NCBI GenBank assembly: GCA_964478545.1
Contig: CAYZIS010000009.1
Span: 2,070 to 66,069 of the forward strand
Reading direction: 5' to 3'
Origin: an uncultured Thermodesulfobacteriota bacterium
Lineage (GTDB): Bacteria > Desulfobacterota > Anaeroferrophillalia > Anaeroferrophillales > Anaeroferrophillaceae
DNA length: 64,000 nt
Shown here piece by piece: positions 36,725 through 46,653 of the stretch; the first letter of the stretch is position 1; each line of letters begins with the position of its first letter. The notes below the pieces were generated by a model. The model worked only from the letters and a program-made list of their open reading frames with translations, did no database searches and was not told the DNA's origin. The translations under genes were made by a program, and so were the position numbers.

Positions 36725-36781
36725 CTCACATCCCAACTGATTTATTTAAAAACCATAGGTAAAAAAAGACAGTATGAATTT

Positions 36782-38839
36782 TTAAGAGTCCAGCGCCTGT
36801 CGTAGTTCATCTGCATCGGTAATTGCCGACTGGCAGGCGAACTGTTCACACAGGAAAGCTCTTGCCTGTCCATCTCCCGCCGGCAGGGTTTGCAAAAAGG
36901 GAATCAGCTGGGCCAAAGCCTTTCTTTTTTCATCTGCAGGGCAAAAAACCGTCACCAGGGAGGGATGAAATTGCCGTTGGGCAATGTGAAGCATCTCCCT
37001 GGCCAGGGGTTCATCCTCCGCTTCAATCACCAGTTCCCGCCCGGGACCGAGGAGAAAATCAAGCACCGAAAGTAAATGGGTAACTGCTTCAGGATGAGTT
37101 GCAGTAACAGTCAGGCTGGATTGAATCACTCGTTCACCCCGTTCTTCAAATTCCGTCTTACCGGTCAAACGACCAAGATACAAAAGGACATACGCCGCCA
37201 CTGAATTACTAGCCGGAATTGCGCCATCCACCTGTTCAACCGGACGAACGAGAAGCTGCTCCCCGTCGTTGCCAGTAAAGAAGAATCGGCCATTAGAGTC
37301 GTCCCAGAACAGTTCATTCATTTTATCAGTAAGTGCCAAGGCTTTTTCAAGCCAGCGAGGTTCATGGGTTGTAGTAAATAATTCCGCCAATCCCCAAACC
37401 AGAAACGCATAATCATCAAGACAGCCGTGATGTTCGGCTTCTCCTTGGCAGAATCGACGCCATAAACCACCATCCGGACGTTGAAGTTGGGCAAGCAGAA
37501 AATCCGCCGCGTTTTGGGCCAGCCTGATATATTCCTGCTGTCCAAAGGCCCTGCCGGCCCTGGCCAGGACGGCAATCATCAATCCATTCCATGAGGTGAT
37601 GATTTTGTCATCTTTCAAGGGATGAACCCGTTGCTCACGAATACGGAATAAACTCTTGCGGGCTTTTTCCAGCTCCGCTTTTACCTCTTCCTCCGGCCGT
37701 TGTTCAGCCTCGGAAAACGCTGATAAACTGGCGGTCAGGTGGAGAATACTGGTCCTTTTTTCAAAATTTCCAGCCGCGGTTATATTGAAATAACGGCAAA
37801 ATAATTCACCGGTTTCCACCCCAAGATGTTCTTTGATTTCCGCCGGAGTCCAGACATAAAAACATCCTTCTTCCCCTTCGCTATCGGCATCTTCAGCGGT
37901 ATAAAAAGCCCCTTCAGGAGAAGCCATAGATCCGGCCAGGTAATTGACTATTTCTTTGACGACCTGAGAATAAAAAGTTTTGCCAGTCAATTGCCAGGCT
38001 TCCGTATAGACCATGAGCAGCATTGCCTGGTCATAGAGCATCTTCTCAAAATGGGGAACTAGCCATTTTTCATCGACAGAATAGCGGTGGAAACCAAAAC
38101 CAATCTGGTCAAACAGCCCCCCGTAACGGATACTCTCGAGAGTTTTCTCCACCATCTCCAAGGCCTGGCGGTCACCGCTGCGCCGGTACCAGCGGAGCAG
38201 GAAGGTTAAATTATGGGCAGTGGGAAATTTGGGAGCAGAGCCAAAGCCACCATGCCGGCGGTCATAGTTTTCCTGCAGATGCTGAAAAGCTTTTTCCATC
38301 AACCGGGCATCAGCAGTCACAGACGGAGACAATTGTACTTCCATTCCCTGTAGCAGACTGGTCACCTGATCACCGGTCTGGAGGAGTTTGTGCCGATCAT
38401 GCTGCCACAAACGGGCCATATGCTGCAACAGGTCGATAAAACCCGGCATTCCCATCCGGCGGTGCCGGGGGAAGTAGGTCCCGGCAAAAAACGGCTTGCC
38501 TTCAGGGGTCATAAAAACAGACAGGGGCCAACCACCACGCCCGGTCAATGCCTGACAGGCAATCATATAGATCTGATCAATATCCGGCCGCTCTTCACGG
38601 TCCACTTTAATGGGGACAAACCACTGGTTCAACAGTGATGCAATCTCGTCGTTCTCAAAAGATTCATGGGCCATGACGTGGCACCAGTGGCAGGTGGAAT
38701 AACCCACCGAAAGAAAAATTGGTTTATCCTCCTTCCGGGCTTTCTGCAGGGCTTCCTCTCCCCAGGGGTACCAATCCACCGGGTTGTCGACATGTTGAAG
38801 CAGGTAGGGACTTTTTTCATTCTCAAGATGGTTGGCCAT
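36782..38839 (-). CDS. yyaL: Thioredoxin-domain protein YyaL (DUF255 plus six-hairpin glycosidase-like fold). The start is taken at MANHLENEK, and the longer track ORF extension overlaps a repeat element.
   Basis: [44 protein letters not shown] is the DUF255 thioredoxin-like N-terminus. Length about 685 aa. Confidence 0.7.
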   Translation of the reverse strand: MANHLENEKSPYLLQHVDNPVDWYPWGEEALQKARKEDKPIFLSVGYSTCHWCHVMAHESFENDEIASLLNQWFVPIKVDREERPDIDQIYMIACQALTGRGGWPLSVFMTPEGKPFFAGTYFPRHRRMGMPGFIDLLQHMARLWQHDRHKLLQTGDQVTSLLQGMEVQLSPSVTADARLMEKAFQHLQENYDRRHGGFGSAPKFPTAHNLTFLLRWYRRSGDRQALEMVEKTLESIRYGGLFDQIGFGFHRYSVDEKWLVPHFEKMLYDQAMLLMVYTEAWQLTGKTFYSQVVKEIVNYLAGSMASPEGAFYTAEDADSEGEEGCFYVWTPAEIKEHLGVETGELFCRYFNITAAGNFEKRTSILHLTASLSAFSEAEQRPEEEVKAELEKARKSLFRIREQRVHPLKDDKIITSWNGLMIAVLARAGRAFGQQEYIRLAQNAADFLLAQLQRPDGGLWRRFCQGEAEHHGCLDDYAFLVWGLAELFTTTHEPRWLEKALALTDKMNELFWDDSNGRFFFTGNDGEQLLVRPVEQVDGAIPASNSVAAYVLLYLGRLTGKTEFEERGERVIQSSLTVTATHPEAVTHLLSVLDFLLGPGRELVIEAEDEPLAREMLHIAQRQFHPSLVTVFCPADEKRKALAQLIPFLQTLPAGDGQARAFLCEQFACQSAITDADELRQALDS

Positions 38840-38887
38840 GGTCTCCCCGATAACTGGGTGTGAAAAATAAGCAGGGGGTTTGGGCGG

Positions 38888-39030
38888 GATGCCCGCAACC
38901 CAAAAGAAATTTTCTGAGGATGTTCCGGCATGGCTCTTGCTCATTCTTGCCGGCTGTCCATGGCCTGCCTGTCGGCAGACACGGCTGCGAGCCAAGCCCG
39001 AACATCCTGAAATGTATTCCCGGCAATACC
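38888..39030. repeat. Palindromic repeat element, family B copy 1 (about 145 nt)
   Basis: CGCAACCCAAAAGAAATTT..GGATGTTCCGGCATGGCTCT.GCTCATTCT.GCCGG...GAGCCAAGCCCGAACATCCTGAAATG.ATT.CCGGCAAT. Shared with 50115-50169 and 51968-52133. Confidence 0.6.
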
Positions 39031-39050
39031 AGGAAGAAAATTGAAGCAGC

Positions 39051-39296
39051 TTATAAGCCGGCTGCTGCCAACATTTTATCAATTTCCTGGGGATTGAAGC
39101 CAACCCGGTGATCTTCACCAATGACAACCACGGGAACTTGACGTTTGCCGGAAATATCAACCATTTCCTTTAGGGCTCGAGGATTTTCACGCACATCAAA
39201 CACTTCATAATCGACCTCTTTTTGCGAAAGATACTCTTTCGCTGTCTGGCAATGGGGTCAGGTGGAGAGGGAATAAATTTTTACGGTTACAGCCAT
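39051..39296 (-). CDS. Glutaredoxin/NrdH-like selenoprotein with an in-frame UGA (Sec) at the UxxC redox site
   Basis: [84 protein letters not shown] is at 39258-39260, exactly where the first Cys of CxxC sits. A stem-loop lies 14 nt downstream. Confidence 0.65.
39225..39243 (-). promoter_or_regulatory. Candidate bacterial SECIS hairpin for the Grx-like selenoprotein
   Basis: GCGAAAGA-GUA-UCUUUCGC is an 8-bp stem with a G-containing apical loop, 14 nt downstream of the UGA. Confidence 0.4.
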
Positions 39297-39321
39297 AGCA
39301 ACACCTCACAGATTTTCAAGG

Positions 39322-39510
39322 TTATCCCAACCGGGGATCAACGCCGGTAAAATTGCATTCAGGAGCATAACAGGTCACGTTGCTGAATTCACATTTCTTA
39401 TGGCAGGAAGGGCATGCCTCCGGTGGTTCCAGAGCCTTGAGCGTATAGCCGCAGGCAGAACACTTCCAATAGCTTTTTGGCATTTCCGGCTGTTTTTCAG
39501 TCATTATCAT
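39322..39510 (-). CDS. Rubredoxin-like/zinc-ribbon small protein
   Basis: WKCSACGY...CPSCH gives two CxxC knuckles about 12 residues apart. Length 62 aa. It lies adjacent to ferritin. Confidence 0.4.
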   Translation of the reverse strand: MIMTEKQPEMPKSYWKCSACGYTLKALEPPEACPSCHKKCEFSNVTCYAPECNFTGVDPRLG

Positions 39511-39547
39511 TCTCCTTTATGGGTTCGCTTCACAACCTACACCACAA

Positions 39548-40057
39548 CTACTTTCCGCTGGCCGGCATGGTAAAAGCCCTGACCCCAAGTTCCTGGTCCA
39601 GCATGAAAATGGCATTGCCCTGGTTGCCCACCAGTTTCAATTTCTGCACAATTTCATCGGCGGAAGCTTCTTCCTCCACCTGTTCAGTAACAAACCACTG
39701 GAGAAAGATATTGGAAGCATGGTCTTTTTCCTCAATGGCAATATCCATCAGGTCATTGATCCGGCCGGTGATATACTGTTCATGTTTGTACGCCGCCTCG
39801 AAGGCTTCCAACGGGCTTTCCCAAACCATTTCAGGGCTATCGATCTGGGTCAGAGTGACCCGCCCGCCACGCTCGATAATAAAATCATAAATCTTCATGG
39901 CATGAACCATCTCTTCGGTAGCCTGAACTTTCATCCATTGGGCAAAACCGGAAAAATTCATCTCGGAAAAGCTCGAAGATATAGACAAATAAAGATAAGC
40001 GGAAAAAATTTCTGCATTAATCTGGTCATTTAAAGCCTTTTCAATTTGTTCTTTCAA
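39548..40057 (-). CDS. ftn: Ferritin (bacterial non-haem Ftn)
   Basis: Ferroxidase-centre residues (EIFSAYLY, EEMVHA, EQYITG...). Length 169 aa. Confidence 0.8.
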   Translation of the reverse strand: MKEQIEKALNDQINAEIFSAYLYLSISSSFSEMNFSGFAQWMKVQATEEMVHAMKIYDFIIERGGRVTLTQIDSPEMVWESPLEAFEAAYKHEQYITGRINDLMDIAIEEKDHASNIFLQWFVTEQVEEEASADEIVQKLKLVGNQGNAIFMLDQELGVRAFTMPASGK

Positions 40058-40344
40058 TATTTTTCATTCTCCTTTGCGCATGCATTTAGATTAGGGGTTG
40101 AAGGAATAATCAAGCTTCCCGGCAAAACATACCCTGGAAGTATCTGATCCATACACTATAATAACACATACTATATTAGCTTTGTCAAGTTAAAATGCTA
40201 TAATTATCATATACTGATGGACAGATAAACGCGACCAATAGGGGAGAAAAAGCAGCAGATATTTTGCATTCACAGTCATTTTTTGCTAGGATAGCATATG
40301 AATATCAGAACAATATAACCTTTCAACAATCGGTGTAACCCTCA

Positions 40345-40722
40345 ATGAAAACATTCAGAGTCTACGAACATGAGTTTTACGGCTACGAAGCGGTAAAACA
40401 GGGCTTTTCCTGGCCGGCGCTATTTTTCGGTTTTATCTGGGCCATGGTCAAAAAACTCTGGAAAGTTTCTGTCATACTCTTCCTGTCTTTCATTCTCATC
40501 AACTTCCTGAGCACCATCGCCCGGGAATCTCATTCTATTCTCCTCTCTTTACTGACAATGGTCGGTTACCTGGCATTATGGTTGATCCCTGGCTGGCAGG
40601 GAAATTTGTGGCGGGAACACCAGCTTGAAAGCAGTGGTTACCGCCTGATCAAGACTGTCGTTGCCACCAACCCAATACAGGCGGTTATTCAAGTTAGCGA
40701 TGAAGAGCTTCACCAACCATGA
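40345..40722 (+). CDS. DUF2628-like small membrane protein
   Basis: MKTFRVYEHEFYGYEAVKQGFSWPALFFGFIWAMVKKLW is the typical DUF2628 N-terminus. Confidence 0.45.
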   Translation: MKTFRVYEHEFYGYEAVKQGFSWPALFFGFIWAMVKKLWKVSVILFLSFILINFLSTIARESHSILLSLLTMVGYLALWLIPGWQGNLWREHQLESSGYRLIKTVVATNPIQAVIQVSDEELHQP

Positions 40723-41384
40723 ATAACCATCGCTTTCAGCGCCTGGCCGAGGTCCTGAACTGTCGCCAGCCGGATTTGACGGTGATCATGGATAATGTCC
40801 ACAAGCCTCACAACCTGGCGGCCATTGTCCGTACCTGTGATGCGGTTGGTATTCTTGAAGCCCATGCCATCTCTTCCAGCTCATCCATCTGTTTAAGCCA
40901 GAAAGCGGCCGGGGGCTGCAAGAAATGGATTGCCATCAAAACCCATAAAACCATCCAGGAGGCCTACAGCCACCTGAGGCAGCAGGGTTTCAAGATTTAT
41001 GCGGCCCATTTTGATTCCCATGCCCGTGATTTCCGCCAGTTTGACTACACCATCCCTACCGCCATCGTTGTCGGGGCGGAACTGGATGGCATTTCCCCCG
41101 CAGCGGTGGACCTTTGTGATGGTACCATTATCATCCCCATGGTTGGCCTGGTCCAGTCGTTGAATGTTTCGGTGGCTACCGCCCTGATCCTTTTTGAAGC
41201 CCAGCGGCAGCGGCAGGTAGCCGGGATGTATGATTCTGTCCGCCTTGACCACCACAGGTACGAACTCCTGTTGTTTGAATGGCTGCATCCAAAAGTTGCC
41301 GTTTATTGCCAGAGACACCGGCTTCCTTATCCTAAAACCAATGAAGAAGGGGAGATCATCGAACCACTGGCCGACCGTAACTGA
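40719..41384 (+). CDS. trmH: SpoU-family tRNA/rRNA 2'-O-methyltransferase (TrmH-like)
   Basis: LTVIMDNVHKPHNLAAIVRTCDAVG, and the SPOUT knot motifs (IVVGAELDGIS, IPMVGLVQSLNVSVATAL). Confidence 0.7.
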   Translation: MNNHRFQRLAEVLNCRQPDLTVIMDNVHKPHNLAAIVRTCDAVGILEAHAISSSSSICLSQKAAGGCKKWIAIKTHKTIQEAYSHLRQQGFKIYAAHFDSHARDFRQFDYTIPTAIVVGAELDGISPAAVDLCDGTIIIPMVGLVQSLNVSVATALILFEAQRQRQVAGMYDSVRLDHHRYELLLFEWLHPKVAVYCQRHRLPYPKTNEEGEIIEPLADRN

Positions 41385-41403
41385 ACGGTAACCACCATAC
41401 TAA

Positions 41404-41835
41404 ATGAGGATTGATACCATGGTTTACCAACAGACATTGACACTCCAAACTCACGGACACCGCGATCTCCATGACCTGACCAAAAACATCAGTGAGATCG
41501 CCAAAAATTCCGGGATAATGACGGGTACAGCGCATATATTTAATATCGGCAGTACGGCCGCCGTGGGCACCATTGAATTTGAACCGGGTCTCCAGCAGGA
41601 CCTGCCGGACATCCTGGACAAGCTCATGCCCCCCAACCGCAGCTACGGTCATGAACAAACCTGGCATGACGGCAACGGGCACTCCCACCTGCAGGCTACC
41701 CTGCTCGGCTCCTCCCTGACCGTCCCCATCCAGGAAGGCAAGTTGATCTTAGGAACCTGGCAGCAGATCTTCCACCTGGAATGCGACATCAAACCCCGCC
41801 AGCGCCAGATCATGGTCACCGTGATGGGTGAGTGA
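41404..41835 (+). CDS. yjbQ: YjbQ/UPF0047 family protein (second copy)
   Basis: Same family motifs as the 28027 gene (TGTAHIFNIGSTAAVGTIEFEPGL, HLQATLLG). Confidence 0.7.
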   Translation: MRIDTMVYQQTLTLQTHGHRDLHDLTKNISEIAKNSGIMTGTAHIFNIGSTAAVGTIEFEPGLQQDLPDILDKLMPPNRSYGHEQTWHDGNGHSHLQATLLGSSLTVPIQEGKLILGTWQQIFHLECDIKPRQRQIMVTVMGE

Positions 41836-41934
41836 AACACATAAATATTACGATTTTCCTGCCGATAGACAACCTTATCAAGGGGAAGGGATGTTTCCTC
41901 CCATTTAACAGTATAGCCATAGAAGGTTTTTGCC

Positions 41935-42297
41935 ATGAATGAAAAACGTTATTTCAAGCGGGTCAATTTCCAAGCCGAGGTCCAAGTCATCTGTAATGGA
42001 AACACCCTGTACGGGGATTTGCTCGATATCTCCTTGAAAGGAGCCCTGATCAGCATCCATGAGTCGGGCATCCTGCAGGTGGGCCGACAGGCCACCGTTC
42101 ATATCTATCTTACTTCACCCGATATTTCCATCACGGCGGAAGCGGATGTGGTTCATCAACGGGTAGAGGATTTTGGCTTTAAATTTTTCCGCATTGACGC
42201 GGAATCAATGGGACATTTGCGGCGACTGCTGGAACTGAATCTTGGCAGCAGTGAAACAGTTGCCAGTGAACTTGAATTCATACTGAAGGAAGGATGA
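41935..42297 (+). CDS. PilZ domain protein (c-di-GMP binding)
   Basis: KRYFKRVNF (RxxxR-like) and DISLKGALI (D-x-S-x-x-G). Length 120 aa. Confidence 0.55.
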   Translation: MNEKRYFKRVNFQAEVQVICNGNTLYGDLLDISLKGALISIHESGILQVGRQATVHIYLTSPDISITAEADVVHQRVEDFGFKFFRIDAESMGHLRRLLELNLGSSETVASELEFILKEG

Positions 42298-42301
42298 AAA
42301 A

Positions 42302-43087
42302 ATGAAAAGTCATGAACTAGATCATCAAATCATCGGCGGTGATATTCAGCTGGTTGAGGTGGAACTGGACCCGGGAGAAACGGTCATTGCCGAGGCCGGG
42401 GCGATGAATTACATGGAAGACGGCATCACTTTCACTGCTAAAATGGGTGATGGTTCAAAGCCGGAGTCGGGATTTTTCGGCAAATTGATGGATGCCGGCA
42501 TGCGGAAGATCAGCGGCGAATCGATCTTTCTCACCCACTTCACCAACGAAGGCAGTGGTAAAAAACGAGTGGCTTTTTCCGCTCCCTATCCCGGGAAAAT
42601 CATCCCCATCAACCTGGAGGAGATCAATGGCGAACTTCTCTGCCAGAAGGATGCTTTTTTATGCGCCGCCCTGGGTACCGAAATTGGCATTGCTTTTACC
42701 AAGCGATTGGGCACCGGTTTTTTCGGCGGCGAGGGGTTCATTCTCCAGCGCCTGCGCGGTGATGGCATGGCTTTTATCCACGCCGGCGGTACGGTCATCA
42801 CCAAAAAACTGGTCAATGAACAACTCCGGGTGGATACCGGTTGTATCGTCGCCTTCACCGGCGGGATCGATTATGACATCCAGCGAGCTGGCAGCCTGAA
42901 ATCCATGTTTTTTGGTGGTGAGGGACTTTTCCTGGCCACCCTCCGGGGTACCGGGACGGTACTGCTCCAAAGCCTCCCCTTCTCCCGTTTGGCAGATCGG
43001 ATTCTTGCCCACGCTCCCCGGGCAGGCGGCAGCAGCAAGGGAGAAGGATCGGTGCTGGGAGCTTTTGGTAACCTGCTCGGCGATTAA
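42302..43087 (+). CDS. AIM24/TIGR00266 family protein (DUF124)
   Basis: Repeated GGEGF/GGEGLF motifs and length 261 aa are typical of the family. Confidence 0.6.
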   Translation: MKSHELDHQIIGGDIQLVEVELDPGETVIAEAGAMNYMEDGITFTAKMGDGSKPESGFFGKLMDAGMRKISGESIFLTHFTNEGSGKKRVAFSAPYPGKIIPINLEEINGELLCQKDAFLCAALGTEIGIAFTKRLGTGFFGGEGFILQRLRGDGMAFIHAGGTVITKKLVNEQLRVDTGCIVAFTGGIDYDIQRAGSLKSMFFGGEGLFLATLRGTGTVLLQSLPFSRLADRILAHAPRAGGSSKGEGSVLGAFGNLLGD

Positions 43088-43095
43088 ATCAGCCG

Positions 43096-43944
43096 ATGGA
43101 TTTTTGTCACCATGAGGCTGATGTCCTGGAAGAAATCAGCCGCCTGCAGGAAGGAATTACCGAACTTCAGGACCATCATTGCTACCAGGCGAATAGTGCT
43201 GGAGCGTTGATTCCCGGCTGCGCTATCTGCACCAGCATGGCCCACCTGACCCTGCAAATGGGATTTCGCTGCAATGCAAGCTGTCCTTTTTGTTTTCTGG
43301 ATACTTACCAGGAAGCTGAATCCCACCCTTTGGAATACAGCCATCGCCAAATGGTGCTCCAAGATTTCCAGGCCCGCCGGCAGGAAATTGAAGGAATAGC
43401 TATTTCCGGCGGCGAACCGCTGCTTTACCTTGATGAACTGGAAACATGCGTCAAACGTATACGACAGATCAAGCCGGATATTTACCTGTGGCTCTATACC
43501 AACGGCATCCTGGCTGACAAAAATAATTTGGCCCGGGTCCAGTCACTGGGGGTCAATGAAATCCGTTTCGACCTGGCGGCAAGCAATTATGGCAGTCGCA
43601 TCATAGAGCATGTCAGCCTGGCCAGACCTCTCTTTCCATTCCTGGCGGTGGAAGTTCCTTCCTACCCGGTACAAAAAGAACTTTTACTGGCGGTCCTGGA
43701 TGAATTGGACCGTATCGGCATTGACCAGCTGAACCTCCAGGAGCTGCTGCTGACCCCGAAAAGCATGAAAAAAGTGCAGGGTGAGGGTTATGAAGCCGGG
43801 TTTCTCTGTTTCCAGAAATATTTTCTGTACGGCAGCTGGAAAATGACGTATAAAATTATGTGTTATTGCCTTGATCATCGATATTCATTTACTGTCAATC
43901 AGCAGTATCCGGTATGTTTTTTGCGTTGTCTGCAATGTTGTTAA
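43096..43944 (+). CDS. Radical SAM protein (activating-enzyme-like)
   Basis: CNASCPFC (CxxxCxxC) and a Gly-rich SAM motif ISGGEPLL. Confidence 0.6.
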   Translation: MDFCHHEADVLEEISRLQEGITELQDHHCYQANSAGALIPGCAICTSMAHLTLQMGFRCNASCPFCFLDTYQEAESHPLEYSHRQMVLQDFQARRQEIEGIAISGGEPLLYLDELETCVKRIRQIKPDIYLWLYTNGILADKNNLARVQSLGVNEIRFDLAASNYGSRIIEHVSLARPLFPFLAVEVPSYPVQKELLLAVLDELDRIGIDQLNLQELLLTPKSMKKVQGEGYEAGFLCFQKYFLYGSWKMTYKIMCYCLDHRYSFTVNQQYPVCFLRCLQCC

Positions 43945-44068
43945 TTAGTGCTGTTTCAGTGCGACATCGTGAGATGCCGTTGCTTTTCCCGGCGAATAGA
44001 GCGTAAAAATTGACCTGTTTGAGCCCTGGAAGGGCGAGTTTGGCAATTTTGGCGCCATGAACCGTTGG

Positions 44069-44141
44069 AAATGCAGGCAAACGAGCGCCAAAAAGCGCTG
44101 AGATCAGCTCCGGTTAACTGCTGCAAGAACCTAACCGGACA
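44069..44141. repeat. Repeat family C copy 1 (about 70 nt)
   Basis: AAATGCAGGCAAACGAGCGCCAAAAAGCGCTGAGATCAGCTCCGGTTAACTGCTGCAAGAACCTAACCGGACA. Near-identical copies at 46533-46606 and 54272-54329. Confidence 0.6.
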
Positions 44142-44188
44142 CCTTTGACTATCAATGACTGTTCAGCTCGAATGTTTGGGGAAAAACC

Positions 44189-44464
44189 ATGAATGGAAAA
44201 ATATTTTTTACCGTCTTTGGCACTGTCTTCCTGGCTGAGCTGGGGGATAAAACCCAGCTGGCGACCATGCTTTTTGCCGCCGACCACCAGGTCAGCAAAC
44301 TGATAGTTTTCACCGCCGCTGCCTTGGCCCTGATCTGCACCTCAGCCCTCGGGGTTTTAGCCGGCAGTCTGCTCTCGCGCTATGTGGAAACCAGGCAGCT
44401 GGCCATCTTGGCGGGGATAGTTTTTATCACCATCGGCCTTTGGACAATTGCCAAAGTATGGTAA
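44189..44464 (+). CDS. GDT1/TMEM165 (UPF0016) family half-size membrane protein
   Basis: E-x-G-D-K-T motif (LAELGDKTQLATML). Length 91 aa. Confidence 0.6.
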   Translation: MNGKIFFTVFGTVFLAELGDKTQLATMLFAADHQVSKLIVFTAAALALICTSALGVLAGSLLSRYVETRQLAILAGIVFITIGLWTIAKVW

Positions 44465-44509
44465 TAAATAGTGTTCATCCGGAAGTCTGTGCTTCCGGAT
44501 GGAAACTAA

Positions 44510-44815
44510 ATGGAAATTACTTTTATGCCGGAATCATTAACCGAAAAACTTAAAAATGAGATTGGCACCGCCGATTGGACATTGCTGAAACCTCATGCTG
44601 AACGTGGAGTTCTGCTGATCATCCATCCCCAGATTGATCTTCTTGAGGTTGCCATTCAGGTGGCAAAAGATCAGGCTGAAGAAATTCGCTTATGGCTTGA
44701 TGGTGGCAAAATCACCCGACCAACCCAAGCCCAGATGGAACAATGGGAAACGGGAGATACCATTTTCACCTGTGTCATCGTCCAACCATTTGTCCTGATT
44801 CAGCTACCTTCATAA
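44510..44815 (+). CDS. Small conserved hypothetical protein (DUF2288-like)
   Basis: 101-aa ORF with a plausible RBS context. No motif assignable. Confidence 0.3.
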   Translation: MEITFMPESLTEKLKNEIGTADWTLLKPHAERGVLLIIHPQIDLLEVAIQVAKDQAEEIRLWLDGGKITRPTQAQMEQWETGDTIFTCVIVQPFVLIQLPS

Positions 44816-44938
44816 AGGTATTCCATCGTTCAGCCATTTCAACAGTTTTTTCATCATTAGTCCTTCAAGCTTTGCCCAGGCGCTGACGAAAAACAACAAG
44901 AGAGAAGTACAGAAAAACCGCTGAAACCCAATGGAGGA

Positions 44939-46390
44939 TTGATCATGATAAGGGCAAACCTGGGACGTCACGCCAAGATAGTTGCAACCCTGGGACCGGC
45001 TTCATCATCAGTGGAGATGATTGCCTCATTGATTTTGGCGGGGATGAATGTCGCCCGCATCAACATGAGCTATGGAACCTACAAAAGCCACGCGGCGCTG
45101 ATTAAAAACATCCGCGAAGCATCCAGAGAAACGGGGCTGGAAGTTGCCATTCTCATTGACCTTCAGGGCCCAAAAATCCGGATTGATAAACTGCCGGTAC
45201 CACTGCAGTTGCAGGAAGGTGAAACCTGGATGATCGGAACCTCCAGCGTCCGGGATACTCACCCGGAATACCACAACCGCCTTATCCCTACCACTTATGA
45301 ACGACTGGTGTCAGACTGTCGGGATGGCGACCGAATACTTTTCAATGATGGTACCATAACCACCCGGGCGGTGGCCCGCAGGAATGATGTCTATGAAATT
45401 CAGGTGGAAGTTGGCGGGGAGCTGACCTCACATAAGGGCATCAACCTGCCGGATTCCATCGTCACAACCTCCAGTTTCACGGAAAAAGATCGGCTGGATC
45501 TGGCCTTCGGACTCAAACATCAAATCGATTATGTAGCGCTTTCTTTTGTCCGCAAAAAAGAAGATGTACTCCAGGTCAAAAAGGCAATCAATGAACACCG
45601 GGAGGACCTCCCGGTGGTGGCCAAAATTGAAAACCCGGAAGGCATAAAAAACATCCAGGAGATTGTTGAAACCGCAGATGTCATCATGGTGGCCCGGGGG
45701 GATATGGGGGTAGAAATCGGCAACCACCTGGTACCAACCGTGCAAAAACAGATCATCAGTCGTTGTAATAATCAGGGAGTACCGGTCATCACTGCCACCC
45801 AGATGCTTGAATCAATGATCGAAAGTCCGGTTCCAACCAGGGCCGAAGCCAGCGACGTGGCCAACGCCATTTGGGATGGAACCGATGCCGTCATGCTCAG
45901 TGCTGAAACCGCTGCTGGCAGGTATCCACTGGAAGCCATCCAGATGATGGGGAAAATTATCCATGAAGCGGAAAAGACCCCAAAAGAACGTCCCAGTCTG
46001 AGGAACCTCGATTTGGCCCGGGTGGATGATGCCATCATGCTGGCTGCCTCCCTGCTGGCGGAAAAAATCGGTGCCAAGCGGATCCTGGCAGTCAGTGAAT
46101 CCGGCAATTCCTGTCTGAGAATCACCCAATATCGGCCCAAAGTTTCCGTCCTCGGCATTTCCCACCACCTGCGAGTGGTCAGAAAAATGTGTTTGTACTG
46201 GGGTGTCAGCCCATTTCTTCTGCAAGATTACCATAAAGACCAGCCTGATCTGGAGATCCATGTTATCAAGGAAGTCAGGGAACGCTGCCAGCTGAATAAT
46301 GGTGACCGAATTGTCATTACCCGGGGAAATGGGAAGTTTTTCGCCAGCGGCAGTGCTAATTCCATCCGGGTTGAAACTATCAACCAGTAG
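44939..46390 (+). CDS. pyk: Pyruvate kinase
   Basis: KIVATLGPAS, MVARGDMG, and NPEG with the active-site lysine. Length 483 aa. Confidence 0.9.
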   Translation: MIMIRANLGRHAKIVATLGPASSSVEMIASLILAGMNVARINMSYGTYKSHAALIKNIREASRETGLEVAILIDLQGPKIRIDKLPVPLQLQEGETWMIGTSSVRDTHPEYHNRLIPTTYERLVSDCRDGDRILFNDGTITTRAVARRNDVYEIQVEVGGELTSHKGINLPDSIVTTSSFTEKDRLDLAFGLKHQIDYVALSFVRKKEDVLQVKKAINEHREDLPVVAKIENPEGIKNIQEIVETADVIMVARGDMGVEIGNHLVPTVQKQIISRCNNQGVPVITATQMLESMIESPVPTRAEASDVANAIWDGTDAVMLSAETAAGRYPLEAIQMMGKIIHEAEKTPKERPSLRNLDLARVDDAIMLAASLLAEKIGAKRILAVSESGNSCLRITQYRPKVSVLGISHHLRVVRKMCLYWGVSPFLLQDYHKDQPDLEIHVIKEVRERCQLNNGDRIVITRGNGKFFASGSANSIRVETINQ

Positions 46391-46653
46391 CCTTGAGGGA
46401 CAAAGCCATCAACTTTACTTAAAACCCGGAATAGTGTATTGATACTGGTCTTTAAAAACTCAACTTTCTGAGTTGTTTTAAAAAACAGCCCAGCCTGTCG
46501 CCGTGCCTGCCGGCAAGCTGGACGGTGGGCTGAAAAAGCAGGCAATTGAGCGCCAAAAAGCGCTGAAATCAGCTCCGGTTGACAGTATGCAACTTTCTAA
46601 CCGGGCACTGCTGAGAAATTTGAGTTTTAAAAAATAACATCCGGGAAAACATC

